A stretch of 57,012 nucleotides of DNA, the filler included, from Sphacelaria rigidula (taxonomy: Eukaryota), in assembly GCA_964200075.2 (NCBI GenBank). It is 8 parts of 8 records of this genome, joined end to end, with 100 filler letters (N's around TTAATTAATTAA, not from the genome) between each part and the next. Parts side by side here need not be neighbours in the genome. Positions count along the whole stretch, not along the records: positions 7,140 to 14,178 come from CAXNAA020016816.1; positions 14,279 to 21,317 come from CAXNAA020016817.1; positions 21,418 to 28,456 come from CAXNAA020016818.1; 5 more parts are not named here. One strand, given 5' to 3'. Below are positions 13,013-24,548 of the stretch, piece by piece (position 1 is the first letter of the stretch; every line of letters begins with the position of its first letter). The notes beneath the pieces were generated by a model that searched no databases, was not told the origin of the DNA, and saw nothing but the letters and a program-made list of their open reading frames with translations. Both the position numbers and the translations under genes were made by a program.

Positions 13013-13212
13013 GGTATCCCTCGCTCGCCTGCTCGATAGCCTTGCCGGCTTCACTCTCCCGCCATTTGGCGTTGAAATCCTCCGCGGTTTCCGGCACCTT
13101 TCCCAGACCCAGGTCGGCCATCTCGGCGGGGTTGGGGCGGTATGCCTTTCCGGCTTCCCCCGTGAGCTCCACCAGCCAGTCCGCCTCGTCCTTGCGCGGA
13201 GGACACGTCAAC
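9738..13212 (-). CDS. Pleiotropic drug resistance (PDR)/full-size ABCG transporter, partial; exons 13212-13029 and 9909-9738
   Basis: Spliced peptide LTCPPRKDEADWLVELTGEAG...KWRESEAGKAIEQ|ELARPG...FAGSWSYHMKLCFDKKLTLLLKDKAYMKSQIMSALVMG. It carries the PDR motif GFxCPxRKxxADFLxEVT and the segment leading into TMD1. The first donor is GC. Confidence 0.85.
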
Positions 13213-13289
13213 CTGGTCCTCGTTTCGACACAACGTTGAGAAAACCAACATTGTTTCCACGGCTCCATACGTGGAAGTATGATATACCA

Positions 13290-13574
13290 CCGAGCGTTGG
13301 TGGTGAGACGGACACACCGATGGTTGGTGTGGGAGGACATCGTGGGTTCGAACCCTCTGGTTTCTGCCGTCGAAGCCATGGGGATGTGGAAGTGTCGACA
13401 TGGAGGCTAGTAGGTGGAATCGACAGGCGGCGGCAGTGCTGATAGTCATGATCCAACACTCGAAAAAACGTCCGTGAGGTAGGTGTAAGGGTAGAGATTG
13501 GTGGATCCCTTGAGACTACGGAATCGGCCCGAGCAGGGTGGGGAAGGGGAGTGAAAGCATGAAAATGTAGATGT

Positions 13575-13610
<36 letters not shown>

Positions 13611-13630
13611 GTAGATAGATAGATAGATAG
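13290..13630 (+). mobile_element. Putative tRNA-derived SINE with (GATA)n tail
   Basis: B-box-like gggttcgaaccc (~13345); the 3' segment ggatcccttgagactacggaatcggcccgag is shared with 46715-46750 (reverse); ends in (GATA)n at ~13575-13630. The 5' boundary is approximate. Confidence 0.55.
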
Positions 13631-13745
13631 GTTTTGATATGAGGATACTGTTTTTTATCTTTCCTTGCAATTGCGATTTAGTTTTTGGCCTCTTTTTCGC
13701 ACGAATTCCTTATTAGCGAGTGTGGTACGCTCATGGTTTTATCCT

Positions 13746-14178
13746 GGGGGGGGGGCGTACTGATTTGTTGCTTGCCTTCGTCATTTGACCATTGATCACG
13801 CATCCCTTTCGAGACGGAGCACCCTTCCTACTCCTAATAGAGACACTTTCAACACTCCGGCGCTCCTTACGTTTCTTCCATACATTACACAAAAATCTTC
13901 CACATATCTTATCCCCGTCCTGTTTCGCCGTCTCTGGCCACCATCTATCTCCTATTAATAGTACAACCATCGTTTTCTCCCTACTGTCTAATGCATCAAA
14001 CGATTTTATGCCACCTTTCTTCACGTCCCGCATTTCCCCCTCCAGCACTTTTCGTTCCTCCTTGTAAAGCTCACATTTTGCCACAATATGATTTCTGCTT
14101 TCTATTGCTTTGCCACAGAGGCAGTTCTGTTCATCTACTTCCTTGTCCTTTCGACGACTGGTATATCTCTTTCTTCTT
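13746..14178 (-). mobile_element. LINE ORF2 C-terminus and 3' end (family A), cut by the contig end
   Basis: Open frame RRKRYTSRR...CLCGKAIESRNHIVAKCELYKEER (C-terminal CCHC knuckle)...IGDRWW...GAPSRKGCVINGQMTKASNK, followed by a C10 tail. Confidence 0.85.
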
Positions 14179-14282
14179 NNNNNNNNNNNNNNNNNNNNNN
14201 NNNNNNNNNNNNNNNNNNNNNNTTAATTAATTAANNNNNNNNNNNNNNNNNNNNNNNNNNNNNNNNNNNNNNNNNNNNTCAC

Positions 14283-14406
14283 CTACTGGTAGCTAATCGG
14301 ATCGCCGAAATTCCCCGAAATTGGATTTTCCCGTAGGACCCCAACATTTCGGTTATTGACATCCAAATTTTTAGGACATGTAGCGGTTATAATTAGCTAC
14401 CAGTAG
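14283..14406. repeat. Small inverted-repeat element
   Basis: ctactggtagctaat ... attagctaccagtag, a 15-bp perfect inverted repeat about 95 bp apart. Confidence 0.6.
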
Positions 14407-15199
14407 TAGGAGGTGAAGAAATGGAGCCATATTTCACAAAAACATTGTAATGTGCGAAAGCACGATTTGGGGGCCAAAAAACGTCATTTTTTCACCCCGA
14501 AATCGAGGCAAAAATGTGCTTTCGCACATACTCTTTGGGGGGATGGAAGGATGGAAATTCCACGAAATAGTTTCAGTTTCAGGGAGGTCGGGAGGAATGG
14601 AGTGGTCCATATGAAAGTCACTTTTCATGAATTCAGGTCAGGGAAAGCACGGCTTTTGAGTTGAACCTCATTTTTTTTCCAACCCTATTTTCGAAGATCC
14701 ACTATTTTTTCTGTTGTTTGTAGGTTAGTCCACAGTGCACAGCGGTATGCCCGAATCGTACTGATTTGGGAAACGTGACAGGCGGTGGGGAAAACTAATG
14801 CAGAATGAACTACCGCCCCATCTTGTACATGATTTAAACGGGAAATATTGAACAAAGGAAGAGAAGACGAAGCAGCCAAGAAATGAGCGATGCTACAGTA
14901 GGGGTTTACAAATATTTTCCAAGCTCAAATTGTTGGGAGCCCTTCACCTCATCGAAAACACAAATTACGAAAATAATATGCCAAAGCACGCCAGGATTAC
15001 TACGGAGTATCCCGGATACGCTTTGCACTTTCCGTGGTTTTCTCCACTCAATCCTAGGATTTCAGCCCGTTGCAATTCGAGTTGCTCCCGTGGACTGAGC
15101 TTTTGGGCCCCAGTTCGTTAGGCAATCTTTTTCGCTCGCCGACGATGGTCGCAGCAGGGGTAGAGTTCATGCGTACACTCCTCACTCATCAGCATCTTC

Positions 15200-15412
15200 C
15201 ACCGTATCGTTGGCCAAGCGATGGGACCTTCCCGGCGGTTGGCTCACGGGTTCGAATCTCGTTGGCGCCTACAGAGTGAGCGGCCACGCCAAGCATACAT
15301 GCCGTTAGACCGGACGGACCGCGAAGGAAAGGGACTACGACACCCTCTCGCGCGAGGAGAAGGCAGACGCCACAGAAGGAAGGTCGAGTGCCAGAACTAA
15401 AACAGAAAAAAA
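15200..15412 (+). mobile_element. Putative tRNA-derived SINE
   Basis: A-box-like tggccaagcg (~15210) and B-box gggttcgaatc (~15248) at tRNA-like spacing; A-rich end at ~15398-15412. Confidence 0.5.
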
Positions 15413-16461
15413 GTTCCTGTTCCATCACTCTCGTGTGCAACTGCGGCTGGTGCACCCTCACTCACCGAAACGGATCAGACTATCGTCCACAACAGATGGG
15501 ATCGGAGTGGTGCTCTCTTTGCTTGGATCGGGTATCCAGCGAACCACGGAGTAGACTCTTTCAAGATGCAAGTTGAGGACGTTTGACTCAAGCCGAGGTG
15601 CCCACCGTGGATCAAAGCTCTCGTCGACTAATGTAACATGTTCAAGTGCCCTCTTTCCAGGGATCTGACCGCTGTTGGGATCAAGGGAGTCACCTGTAAA
15701 TCGCCGAAAGACCATTTCGCAGTCCTCAGTATATATAGCGTCATTTCAAACTCGTCACTTCACTCCTTCGTCCTACTTTTTACGACGCCAACGCAGCCCA
15801 AGGGCTCGTGAAGACAGGAAATGATGGCTACACTCTGTAGTACTCTTGGTCCACAAATCCGTGACGAAACCGTCCACAGATTGAAGCATTCCACCCTCAC
15901 ATCAAACCAGAACGACAAAATCGAGGGTTGAGTACGTAACTCCTGACTACAAATACAAGCCCACATCAAGGGAAACACATGATCCACTTACAGGGTCACC
16001 ATGACACCCACTCAGTAATACATAAATCTTGGAAGGCGGCTGATGAGCTTGTGCACTCGGGGCCGCTCCTTCCCAACAGTGATCTGGTCCAGGCCCATCG
16101 ATCGTATCACACAATGAAATACATAAAACATATCAAATGCTGTACCGGATCATGTCACCAATACCCAAGACAACTGGAACAATCCACCAAAAAGCGGCTC
16201 CAGCCACGTAACACCTGTCCAGACAAATGCCGGATAAATCGCATATGATTCCGGGAGCTCGACTGACCACAGCTTGCGTACACTCCACATCAGACGTGGC
16301 AATATCGTATTTTACACGCATCAAACTCTGCCCCGATTTCAGCTCCGGAGAAAATGTCAAGAAAATTGCGTGGGACACTGGCAACGACCGTAAAGTCAAA
16401 TATCCCCGCCAACTGGATACACACACTTCAAAGTGGTCCATTTCGACCCAAGTTTTGATCC

Positions 16462-19400
16462 CTACTTGCTTGTGATCAGCGCATCGGGGGATACCCAGTT
16501 GGGACTCTCCGTGAGTTCAACCCTCATAGTCTTGGCCTCCGGGCTCGAGATCCAATCGTTTATCTTTCCGGTGCCCGACAAGAACTCCCGGAACACGGAT
16601 CCCTCCGGCGCCAGGCTCGTAAGCTCCGGTACGTCCTTGGGCAGGCACACGCCTCCATATGGGGCGCCCACACGAAGACCGTACTTTCGGCTGAGGAAGC
16701 ACTCGGCCGTGGAGGACACAAGGTACAGCACTTTTTGCGCGTCGATGCTGGGGTCCAGCTCATTGGCCAAACCGTAGATGCAGTTGGCGAACGAGATCTT
16801 GAGGCCATTCGCGTAGCTGGTGTTCGGCAACGGCGACAAAAATGGAGAGTACGGGGAGGTTGGGGAGGGCTCAGGACTTATGCTCTCAACTCGGGGTGTT
16901 CGTGATCCCGATAAATCACGTGCGCGGACAGTCGCCTCCCCAGACTCAGTGCGGACGTTTCAGTTTCCAGCAGACTCAAAATTGGGAGTATCGTCAAAAA
17001 TACCGGGGGGGGGCATTCCCACCTTGATGCCGGGAAATTTCGCCGGACATTTCTCGAGTGCATGGTTAAGGTTCATTTTCGTCCTTTGATGACAAAGGAA
17101 ATGTTCCATCTTGGCTACACGGTTTCATCTTTGGGAGGTTGTCTTCGAAGTTATGGGTGGGACAGATCACATAGCCGGACCAACAGCGGTAGGTTACCGA
17201 GAACCATCAGCGGGAGTCAGAAGATCAAAACTGTCGTGTGGTTTTACTATCGCGGCCATAAATAAGCAGTCTGACCGAGGGTGATGAATCATCAAATATT
17301 TTAGGTGAACGGTCAAGCTTTGGCCTGCAGACCACACCGTGCCATGTAGGATGCGACAAGGATTTCACGTCACGTCGGTACTGTTCGTCGAAAACAGATG
17401 CAAACACTGTAGGCGTCATACTTCGCTAATTGTCTCTTCCCAGCATGATGGGAGGGTGAGTGTTGTCCCGAGTTCAGCAGTTTCTTAAAAAGGAGGGCCA
17501 CTCGTTCTCATCAAATGGGGAACACAAAGTAGCCATGACCTGCGAACGTTGCATACGTGGATGGCTGCCAGCACTGCACGCTTCTTTGGTGAATGTTCAA
17601 CAGTGTTATGAACAACGTAGACACGATGGGTGGGCAGAAATTTGGCCGAATCAACCATGCACGACTTCTCGACAGATGTGCCGAAATTTACGATCATGAT
17701 GACTCAAAATACCACCGTCAGGACATATCGTTACGGCTCGGAGTCACCACATCCACGATTTCTTCGGCCCGACTGTCCAAAATAATTGATCGCTTGTCCA
17801 AGGAGTACCCACGCAACTTTCGCGCCATTTCATGTGTCTCGAGTAGCGTGTGAGTTGGTTGCAACGCTGAGATAAGGCCCCAGGATCGATTTATCACGAG
17901 TCGACTTTTCATACTACAAGGTAATTTTCAGACGAATCATCTGTCCCGACTCTTACAAAACGAACGTAACGAGGGACATCTCCAAACTCACTTGTGTACA
18001 AGCTTCATGAACTCGGCCTCCGCGATGTTGAGGACGGTGAGCTTAGACTCATCACGACCCACGAACTCGAGGAACGCGTTGGACATCCTGGCCTTCACGT
18101 CCTCTTCCCCGGGCATGTAGCCGAACACCACCTGCCACGGCGCGCGCGCATCTTCCTCACAGGAAACTGCTCGCAAGAATTCTGGCTGGAAGGCCACGTG
18201 GAAGGGCTTGTCCGTCTTTTCCTTGACGGCCGCCATCCACTTCTTAGTCATACCCGGCGGCACGCTGTCGAGTTACAGACGGGCAAACGGAAAACGCGGT
18301 TCGGTTTGGTCACAGTCGGGTAGCAGGGAGAGGGCTAGAGTGTCCCGGCCTCCATCACAGCGGGGTTGGAAAAAAATGTTCCACCAGAGTCATCACCGCT
18401 ACTGTGGGCATAATCACATTAGTTTGGCTAGGCTCAGCCTTCGAACAGGATTTGTTCTTGCTTCGAGTTAGCCGTTCATTCTGCCCTGGATGTATCATAC
18501 ATTTGTCGAAAAGATATCCATTTTTTCCAGACCGGGACCGTTCACGGAGGAAAAGCGAAGATCGAAACGACCATGACGTCATCACCGCGACACCAAATGT
18601 TTCCCACATAATCATCTCGAATCCGTACATATATGTTCATGATCGTTGGCTGACATGAATGTGCCCCTACTGCCTGATCGCCATCATGACAATATTGGGG
18701 CGGGTGTAGGACAGATGGTGTTGATGTATACCACGGGAGCGGCGGTTTCCGTGCAGGCGGCGGGATCTTCGGCTCACGTTGTGACGTTGAGTCCCAAAAT
18801 AGGAACAACTTCGGGCAGCAAAAGTTTCGGCTTTTTTCTGTTCGATCATCATCCCCCAGGTGACGGGAACATTCCAAAAATATTTTGTTCCGTGTGCCAA
18901 CAAGACACGGAATCTTTCACACGTGGGAATCTACTCGACATCAGGAGGACTTGCGCAAGACCAGAGGTCCCGTGCCCTTTTGATCTCTAGCGTTGGTGTC
19001 GCAGTCGTATGATACCAGACGTGGCCGCGTAATATATCAGACGTTAACACGGCCGTCTCCACTGCTCGAGGGCATGAAGTCCATGGCTCCGAGAGTGATT
19101 CATTTCTGTTCTTCAGACGCTCCGGTACCTCAGATTCATCATCACGAACAAGATGAGACTCTGACACCCTCTCACACAGCGAAGTTCTTGAGAGGATTTG
19201 TTTTCCAAACGATAAGGTGATGAATACACTCAACCCGTTGTCCTTCGACAACAGGACCCCCTGGTACGTATTTGTATATCTCAACACATGCCGGGTTGCC
19301 ACCATGCAACAGCTGGAGCACAGGTGAGTCTTACCCGTGCTCACAACAGTGTCGACCGAAGACGCGAGTCTCTCGACTTCAAGATTCGGACAAGAAACAT

Positions 19401-19778
19401 ACCGAAATATTCGACGAAAGGAACTCACGTGGAACGGATGACGAAGATGGGAACAGATCCGGTAGACTGCTCGATCAGCTTCAGCACAAGGGGCACGGTG
19501 GACCAGACATACTTCATGTCCAAGCGCTGAGTCTCCTTGATCAAAGGAGTGGGCACCGACAGGAGCACGATCTCAGGGTTGAGGTCGGCGGGGCAGTCGT
19601 CCGGGTGACAGCAGGGGATGCCTGCCTCGTTCATCTTCTCGATAATGGCAGGCACCACGTCGAACCCGTGGATTTTGAAACCGTGGTGCTTGTATGCCTT
19701 GGCGTAGGCACCGCCAACCACACCGCAACCGATCTGGATGATACTCTCCTTCGGCATAGTAGTAGCAGGGGCAGACAT
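16462..19778 (-). CDS. GMD: GDP-mannose 6-dehydrogenase (brown-algal type, UDP-glucose/GDP-mannose dehydrogenase family), complete; exons 19778-19429, 18264-17992, 16816-16462; 325 aa
   Basis: Exons of 350+273+355 = 978 nt form an intact ORF with canonical GT-AG phase-2 junctions. Motifs: Rossmann IIQIGCGVVG, SVPTP, IRST|VPPG, FQPEFLR, AEFMKLVHN|YANGLKISFAN and catalytic GAPYGGVCLPKD. It is short and lacks the C-terminal domain, as described for brown-algal GMDs. Confidence 0.92.
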
Positions 19779-21501
19779 TTTTATCGGTGGCAGGATACTG
19801 AACTCAGGGATAGAGAGTGTATGTCGGGTTGGAAAGTGGAGTGACCGAAGTGGGGATGGGATGGACGGCGGGGCAGGGCTGTCTTGAGTTTTTTTTTGTG
19901 GGGAATGATGCGTACCTGCGTGGATGAAATGTTCCGAGAGCGAAACTAAATGACCGGAATTTATAAAAAAAGGTACAGGTATACCCGATTCGACGACGTA
20001 GCTGCGAACCGAGAAGTAGGAGCGCAAGGTGGAACGCAACCCTTCTGGCTCGATATCACACCCTGCAGTAGCTAAGTGGAGAGTGCTCCTACCTATAGGA
20101 TCAATATAACGGTGAGCTGCAAGATATTTTTGGTTACATTTCATATTTCGCACACTTTGGCGTGGATTATGACTAAAGGGTGATATATTATTCCTTATTT
20201 CCGTCTTGGGCGGTGTTGTCATCGCGCACAGCAACCTTGGCAACAGAAGACAGCAGCTAGACACTGAGAGGGGAAGAGAAGAGGGGCGGGAGCTAGGGAA
20301 ATATCGTGAAAGAGAGAGATAGTTGTGTCAATTTCCACCCGTGTAAGTGCTGCATCTCTCTGTGTGTGCTTGAAGCGGGTAGCCCATTTGATTGCTTGCC
20401 GGCGCTACAATAAATTGGTATTATAGTGCAACTTTCAACCTTAGACGGTATACTGAGCGACGTCTTTCAGCTACACTACTTGTAGGACACAGAGACTAGA
20501 CTGGAGGCAAAATGGTGCTGGTTCTTTTCCCGGGTTACATCGCTTGAATAAAGTACGCGGATATCACTGAAATATCAAAAGTACATGACGGCAAACCCCA
20601 ACATCTGGCGTGCCAAACGCGCATGACATGGCATGCACACTTCGACTGGTGATAACACAAGACCACACACCCCCCCCCCCCACCACCCCCCCCACACCCC
20701 CAACCTCACCCCCCACCACCTGCCCTCCCAACGCGAAAAACCAAGCTAGCCCACCTCCCTTTGTGAAAAACCCCCCCCCCCCCCCCCCTCCCCAATCGAG
20801 ATATCTATGACAGTGCTTGCTCCACATAAATATCGAGGCCTAAAACTCTCGAAAAATTCACGTTAGTGTACGATCTTCACGCGATTCATCCGAATGCAGT
20901 GACATTGACGGCACGGGCCCACCGCAGTATCCGAGAAAGTCGAGGTTCGTTATATTTTCTCACCGGGCATGTTATACACCGTCATCTAATAGACGCGGAC
21001 CACAAGTCTATCGTGTCACATTTGCGATTCCAAGCAATTGCCTTGTACTTGATAGGAGATGTGCTGTTTGGCTTAGCCAATGTTACGCTACGAATTCCCT
21101 GGCACATGGGGGCAGAGTTTAACTGTTCACCGTACTTGTTTCACCCGGTATTTGGTAAAATCTTGAGGACGTGAACCCTTAGACAGCGAGATTAGTCTTT
21201 CTGAATCACGCATACTTTTTTTCACTTGAAATTGAACACGATTCAACAGAAGACTACGAGCTGGGCCAGCCCAGAAACGTATTTAACCTGGCAGAGCAAT
21301 ATCTCATCACCGGAAACNNNNNNNNNNNNNNNNNNNNNNNNNNNNNNNNNNNNNNNNNNNNTTAATTAATTAANNNNNNNNNNNNNNNNNNNNNNNNNNN
21401 NNNNNNNNNNNNNNNNNCCCGTTTTCCGAATGGCCGGGTAATGGCCCTTGGCTCACGGCCCCCAAAAATCATCGGTCCCCCCCCCCCCCCCCCCCCCACC
21501 C

Positions 21502-23445
21502 CTCGGCATCAGCAATGATGATGAGGTAAGGAGGTTGAGAATAGGATCGTGGAACGTGTGTGGATTCACCCCAGACAAGGACAAGAGAATAGAGATAGCC
21601 AGACAATTAACGCGGCCTAGATACAGTGGGAATCCAAGAGTAATGGAAGAAAGAGGGGGCGGAAATAGGGTGCAAAGTTGAAGAGTACGCATGGATAGGG
21701 GAAAAGCGGAAGGGACAGAACACTAAGAGCAGGGGAGCGGGGGGAGTAGGATTTTTAGTCAAGGAATACCTGTGTGACGTCATAGAAGTGATCACAGACA
21801 CAAAATTCGACGAGAGCATACAGTTGCGGCCCGGAGATAAGAAACGTCAATTTGGGGTTGACGCTCAGAGTCTTATTTCGGGCGCAAACACCAGCATAAG
21901 TTGTGTCTTTTCTTACATCGAGTTTTCATATATTTGTGGCCGACCGGATCCTGTTGATTCTCTTAAATTGTCGTTTTTTCATTTCTTCGATGTACTGCCT
22001 CCGCCACCTCCTCGCTGCACGCAAATTACCCAACGAAAAACACCCCCGCAGGTCTACAGTGTCTACCCGGCGCTACCCAAAATCAAAAACGAATGCCGCT
22101 CCCACAAAAAGTGCAGTTTAGCAGGAGGGGGGGGGGGGAGTCTAGATATAGAGGGTACGTTTCTTAGTTGGGAAGGGGCTCCTCAGTCACTTAGTTTCTT
22201 ATTTCTCATGCCTATTTTAGGTATGCATCCGCGCTGTTTCTTATTTTCATGTTTCTTATCTTGTCGCCCAGTTTGAGGTGTGTTTCTTAGTCCATTTTTT
22301 TAATTTTCCGAGAAAGGCCCAGCCTCATTTTCTCAACTATTTTTTTCTTAATTGCGGGCCGCAACTGTATGGATTAGGGTACCAGGAGAGCGGGGAACGA
22401 AGGACTTCTCCGTAGGGAACATCCGTATGCCCCCAGAATCGAAGTGAACGGTAAACAATATACAGCTGAGGTTTGGAGAGATAGTAGCACATGTGCAGGA
22501 GTACAAAAGGCAAGGAGAAGTAATGTTAGTGGGAGATTTTAATGCAAGGGTTGGAAAAGCAGGACGACCGGATCATATCATTGGGCAATACGGGGAAGAG
22601 GAGAAGAACACGAACGAGGCAGATATCTTCAAGTTCCTCGAGAATGATGAGGGGAAGACGCTGAACGATAGAGCACAGAGGTCAAAGGCGCGATGGACAC
22701 GGACTAGAAAATGCAAAGACGAGAGAGAACGCTTCGTTCTTGACAGCATGGTGGTCAAGCATGGAAATAGTAAAAAAATGGAAGTACATGTACGCGCAGA
22801 GGACGTGGGAACTACAGATCACTGCGTAACATGGAGAGAAAGCCAACAGACGAGAGCTGGAAGAAATAGGCGGGGTAGGAAGTTGTACAAATAGAAAATC
22901 GATAAACTAGAAACGGAAGAAAAACAGCAAGAGTTTAAAGAAGAGATGGCAAACACTACAGTGCAGTGAACTTCTCTGAGCTATTGGAAAGCGTAGGTAC
23001 AGCCGATACCGAAATGGAGAGGGATTGGGCAGGAGCGAATATTACTGAAGGATGGGAGCGGTTGGTCGAGAACACAGCGAGTAAAATCATAGGGAAAAAA
23101 CTGATCGTATGCAATAGAACAGTAACAGTAAGATGGCGGGATGAGGAAGTGAAAGAGGCTATAAGAGTGAGAGAGGGGCCCACGCAAGATACATATCGAG
23201 TAAAACTACGGTAGGATGGGAGGAGTATGCTACAAGCTCGAAAGGAAGTACAGAAGGTGGTGGAGAAGAAAAAATGAAGGGAGTGTGGAAAGATGTAGGG
23301 AATTGAACAAATGAATATTTCGATGGCGGGATGAAAACAAATATGGGTAGGGATGAAAGGGATCAAGGGAAACAAGGCAGGAAAAATAGACAAGGGGATA
23401 GCCACGCTACGGAATGAGGACGGTAAAGTGGTGAGTAGTTCGAAG
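21502..23445 (+). mobile_element. Degenerate LINE, N-terminal APE endonuclease region of ORF2
   Basis: RRLRIGSWNVCGF, GGVGFLVKE, EVMLVGDFNARVGK, FVLDSMVV and GTTDHC motifs with stops and frameshifts. Starts right after a long C-run and is interrupted by a MITE. Confidence 0.88.
21821..22367. mobile_element. Tc1/mariner-type MITE nested in the LINE
   Basis: TIR cagttgcggcccg / cgggccgcaactg with a TA TSD. Removing it restores the LINE peptide TKFDESI-WIRVPGERG. Confidence 0.92.
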
Positions 23446-23563
23446 TGAACACCAACCGTGAAGTTCGACTGCTGTGAACCCATGTGACCGGTTGAGTGAA
23501 TACCACATTTGAAGCTTGATTACGGTAGACCTGTTTGATTTGCACACACGCGTAAACACGTCA

Positions 23564-23826
23564 AGAGTGATGCCACGGTAGGGGTTGCACTTTTTCAGCG
23601 AAAACGTTTTGTTTCTCGGGGTGTACAACGGGCCATTTTGAGAATCAGCATCGTTCTTATTTGAAAAAGACTGAAAACGATGCCGATTTATGAAAAGGCC
23701 CATGCGTGCATCTCCATGTTCCGTCCCCGGAGACTAGGGTTGCACAGTAAGCCCCATATATTTGGGCTCCTACAAAAAAGAGGCCCCCAGAAACAAAAAG
23801 TGCCACCCCTATCGTTGCGTTGCTCT
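23564..23826. mobile_element. ~265-bp MITE, copy 2 (see 8441-8710)
   Basis: TIRs and internal homology to 8441-8710. Confidence 0.85.
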
Positions 23827-24000
23827 CAACACAAGCCGATAGACCAAGCCGGTAGTACTTCCTTCACCACGATGGACGCGGTTACAGTTGTGTGCACGCA
23901 CTACACTGCACCGCACTACACCGCGCTGCAGCTTGCAAGCAAGCGGGGCAGCCACGCCACACAACATCTGCATGCAGCAGCGGCTCGTATCTTGCCAACG

Positions 24001-24203
24001 GCAGCACAGCCAACAATACATTCAGCTTTTATGGGGGGAAACCATACAAAGTTTCAAGGCTGTGTTCTGTAAGATATAGCGACTGAAATCTGAGCATTCG
24101 TGTCTTGCCACACGCAGCACCGTCAACAGTAGATTCAGCTTTTTCTATGGCAAACCATACAAAGTTTCAAGATCGTGCTCTGTAGGATATACCGACTGAG
24201 ATT
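24001..24203. repeat. Diverged direct duplication, ~113-bp period
   Basis: gcagcac...attcagcttt...aaaccatacaaagtttcaag...ctgta.gatata.cgactga occurs at 24001-24090 and 24114-24203. Confidence 0.75.
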
Positions 24204-24257
24204 CGATCATTTACACCATAATAGTATAGACGAAGTTTTGAATCAGTACATGCCGTT

Positions 24258-24355
24258 CGGAACCATATCGGCGAGTTCCGAACCATATCGGCGAGTTCCG
24301 AACCATACCGGAGAGTTAGGAACAGGGCCCGATACCCTGCCGAACCATACTGGAA
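24258..24355. repeat. 20-bp minisatellite (gaaccatatcggcgagttcc), 3-4 units
   Basis: Two perfect and two decayed units visible. Confidence 0.75.
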
Positions 24356-24455
24356 TGTTTGATAGGCATTCCGGTATGGTTTCAGTATGCCATCAATTTA
24401 TGTTATCTTTTTCTCCACTCGAGATTCATCTCTTCACCTCTTTCCCCTTGAGCCT

Positions 24456-24548
24456 TGCTCCGTCTCGAAAGGGATGCGTGGTCAATAGTCCAACGACTTA
24501 GGCAAGCAACAAATGAGTGCGCCCCCCCCCCCCCCCCCCCCCCCCCCC
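24456..24548 (+). mobile_element. 5'-truncated LINE 3' end (family A) with C27 tail
   Basis: tgctccgtctcgaaagggatgcgtggtcaatagtc...aggcaagcaacaaatgagtgcg followed by 27 C. Confidence 0.85.

Noticed and set aside
15200-15270. tRNA gene
   Set aside because: Has A/B-box-like motifs but no convincing cloverleaf or acceptor stem; treated as a SINE head.
9738-19778. GMD plus ABC transporter as a polysaccharide synthesis/export cluster
   Set aside because: They lie on different contigs separated by an artificial spacer.
19779-20264. N-terminal extension of GMD in the 279-aa ORF 19425-20264
   Set aside because: The upstream part is non-coding-like and starts at a non-ATG codon; ATG 19778 follows aaaa context just before the Rossmann motif.
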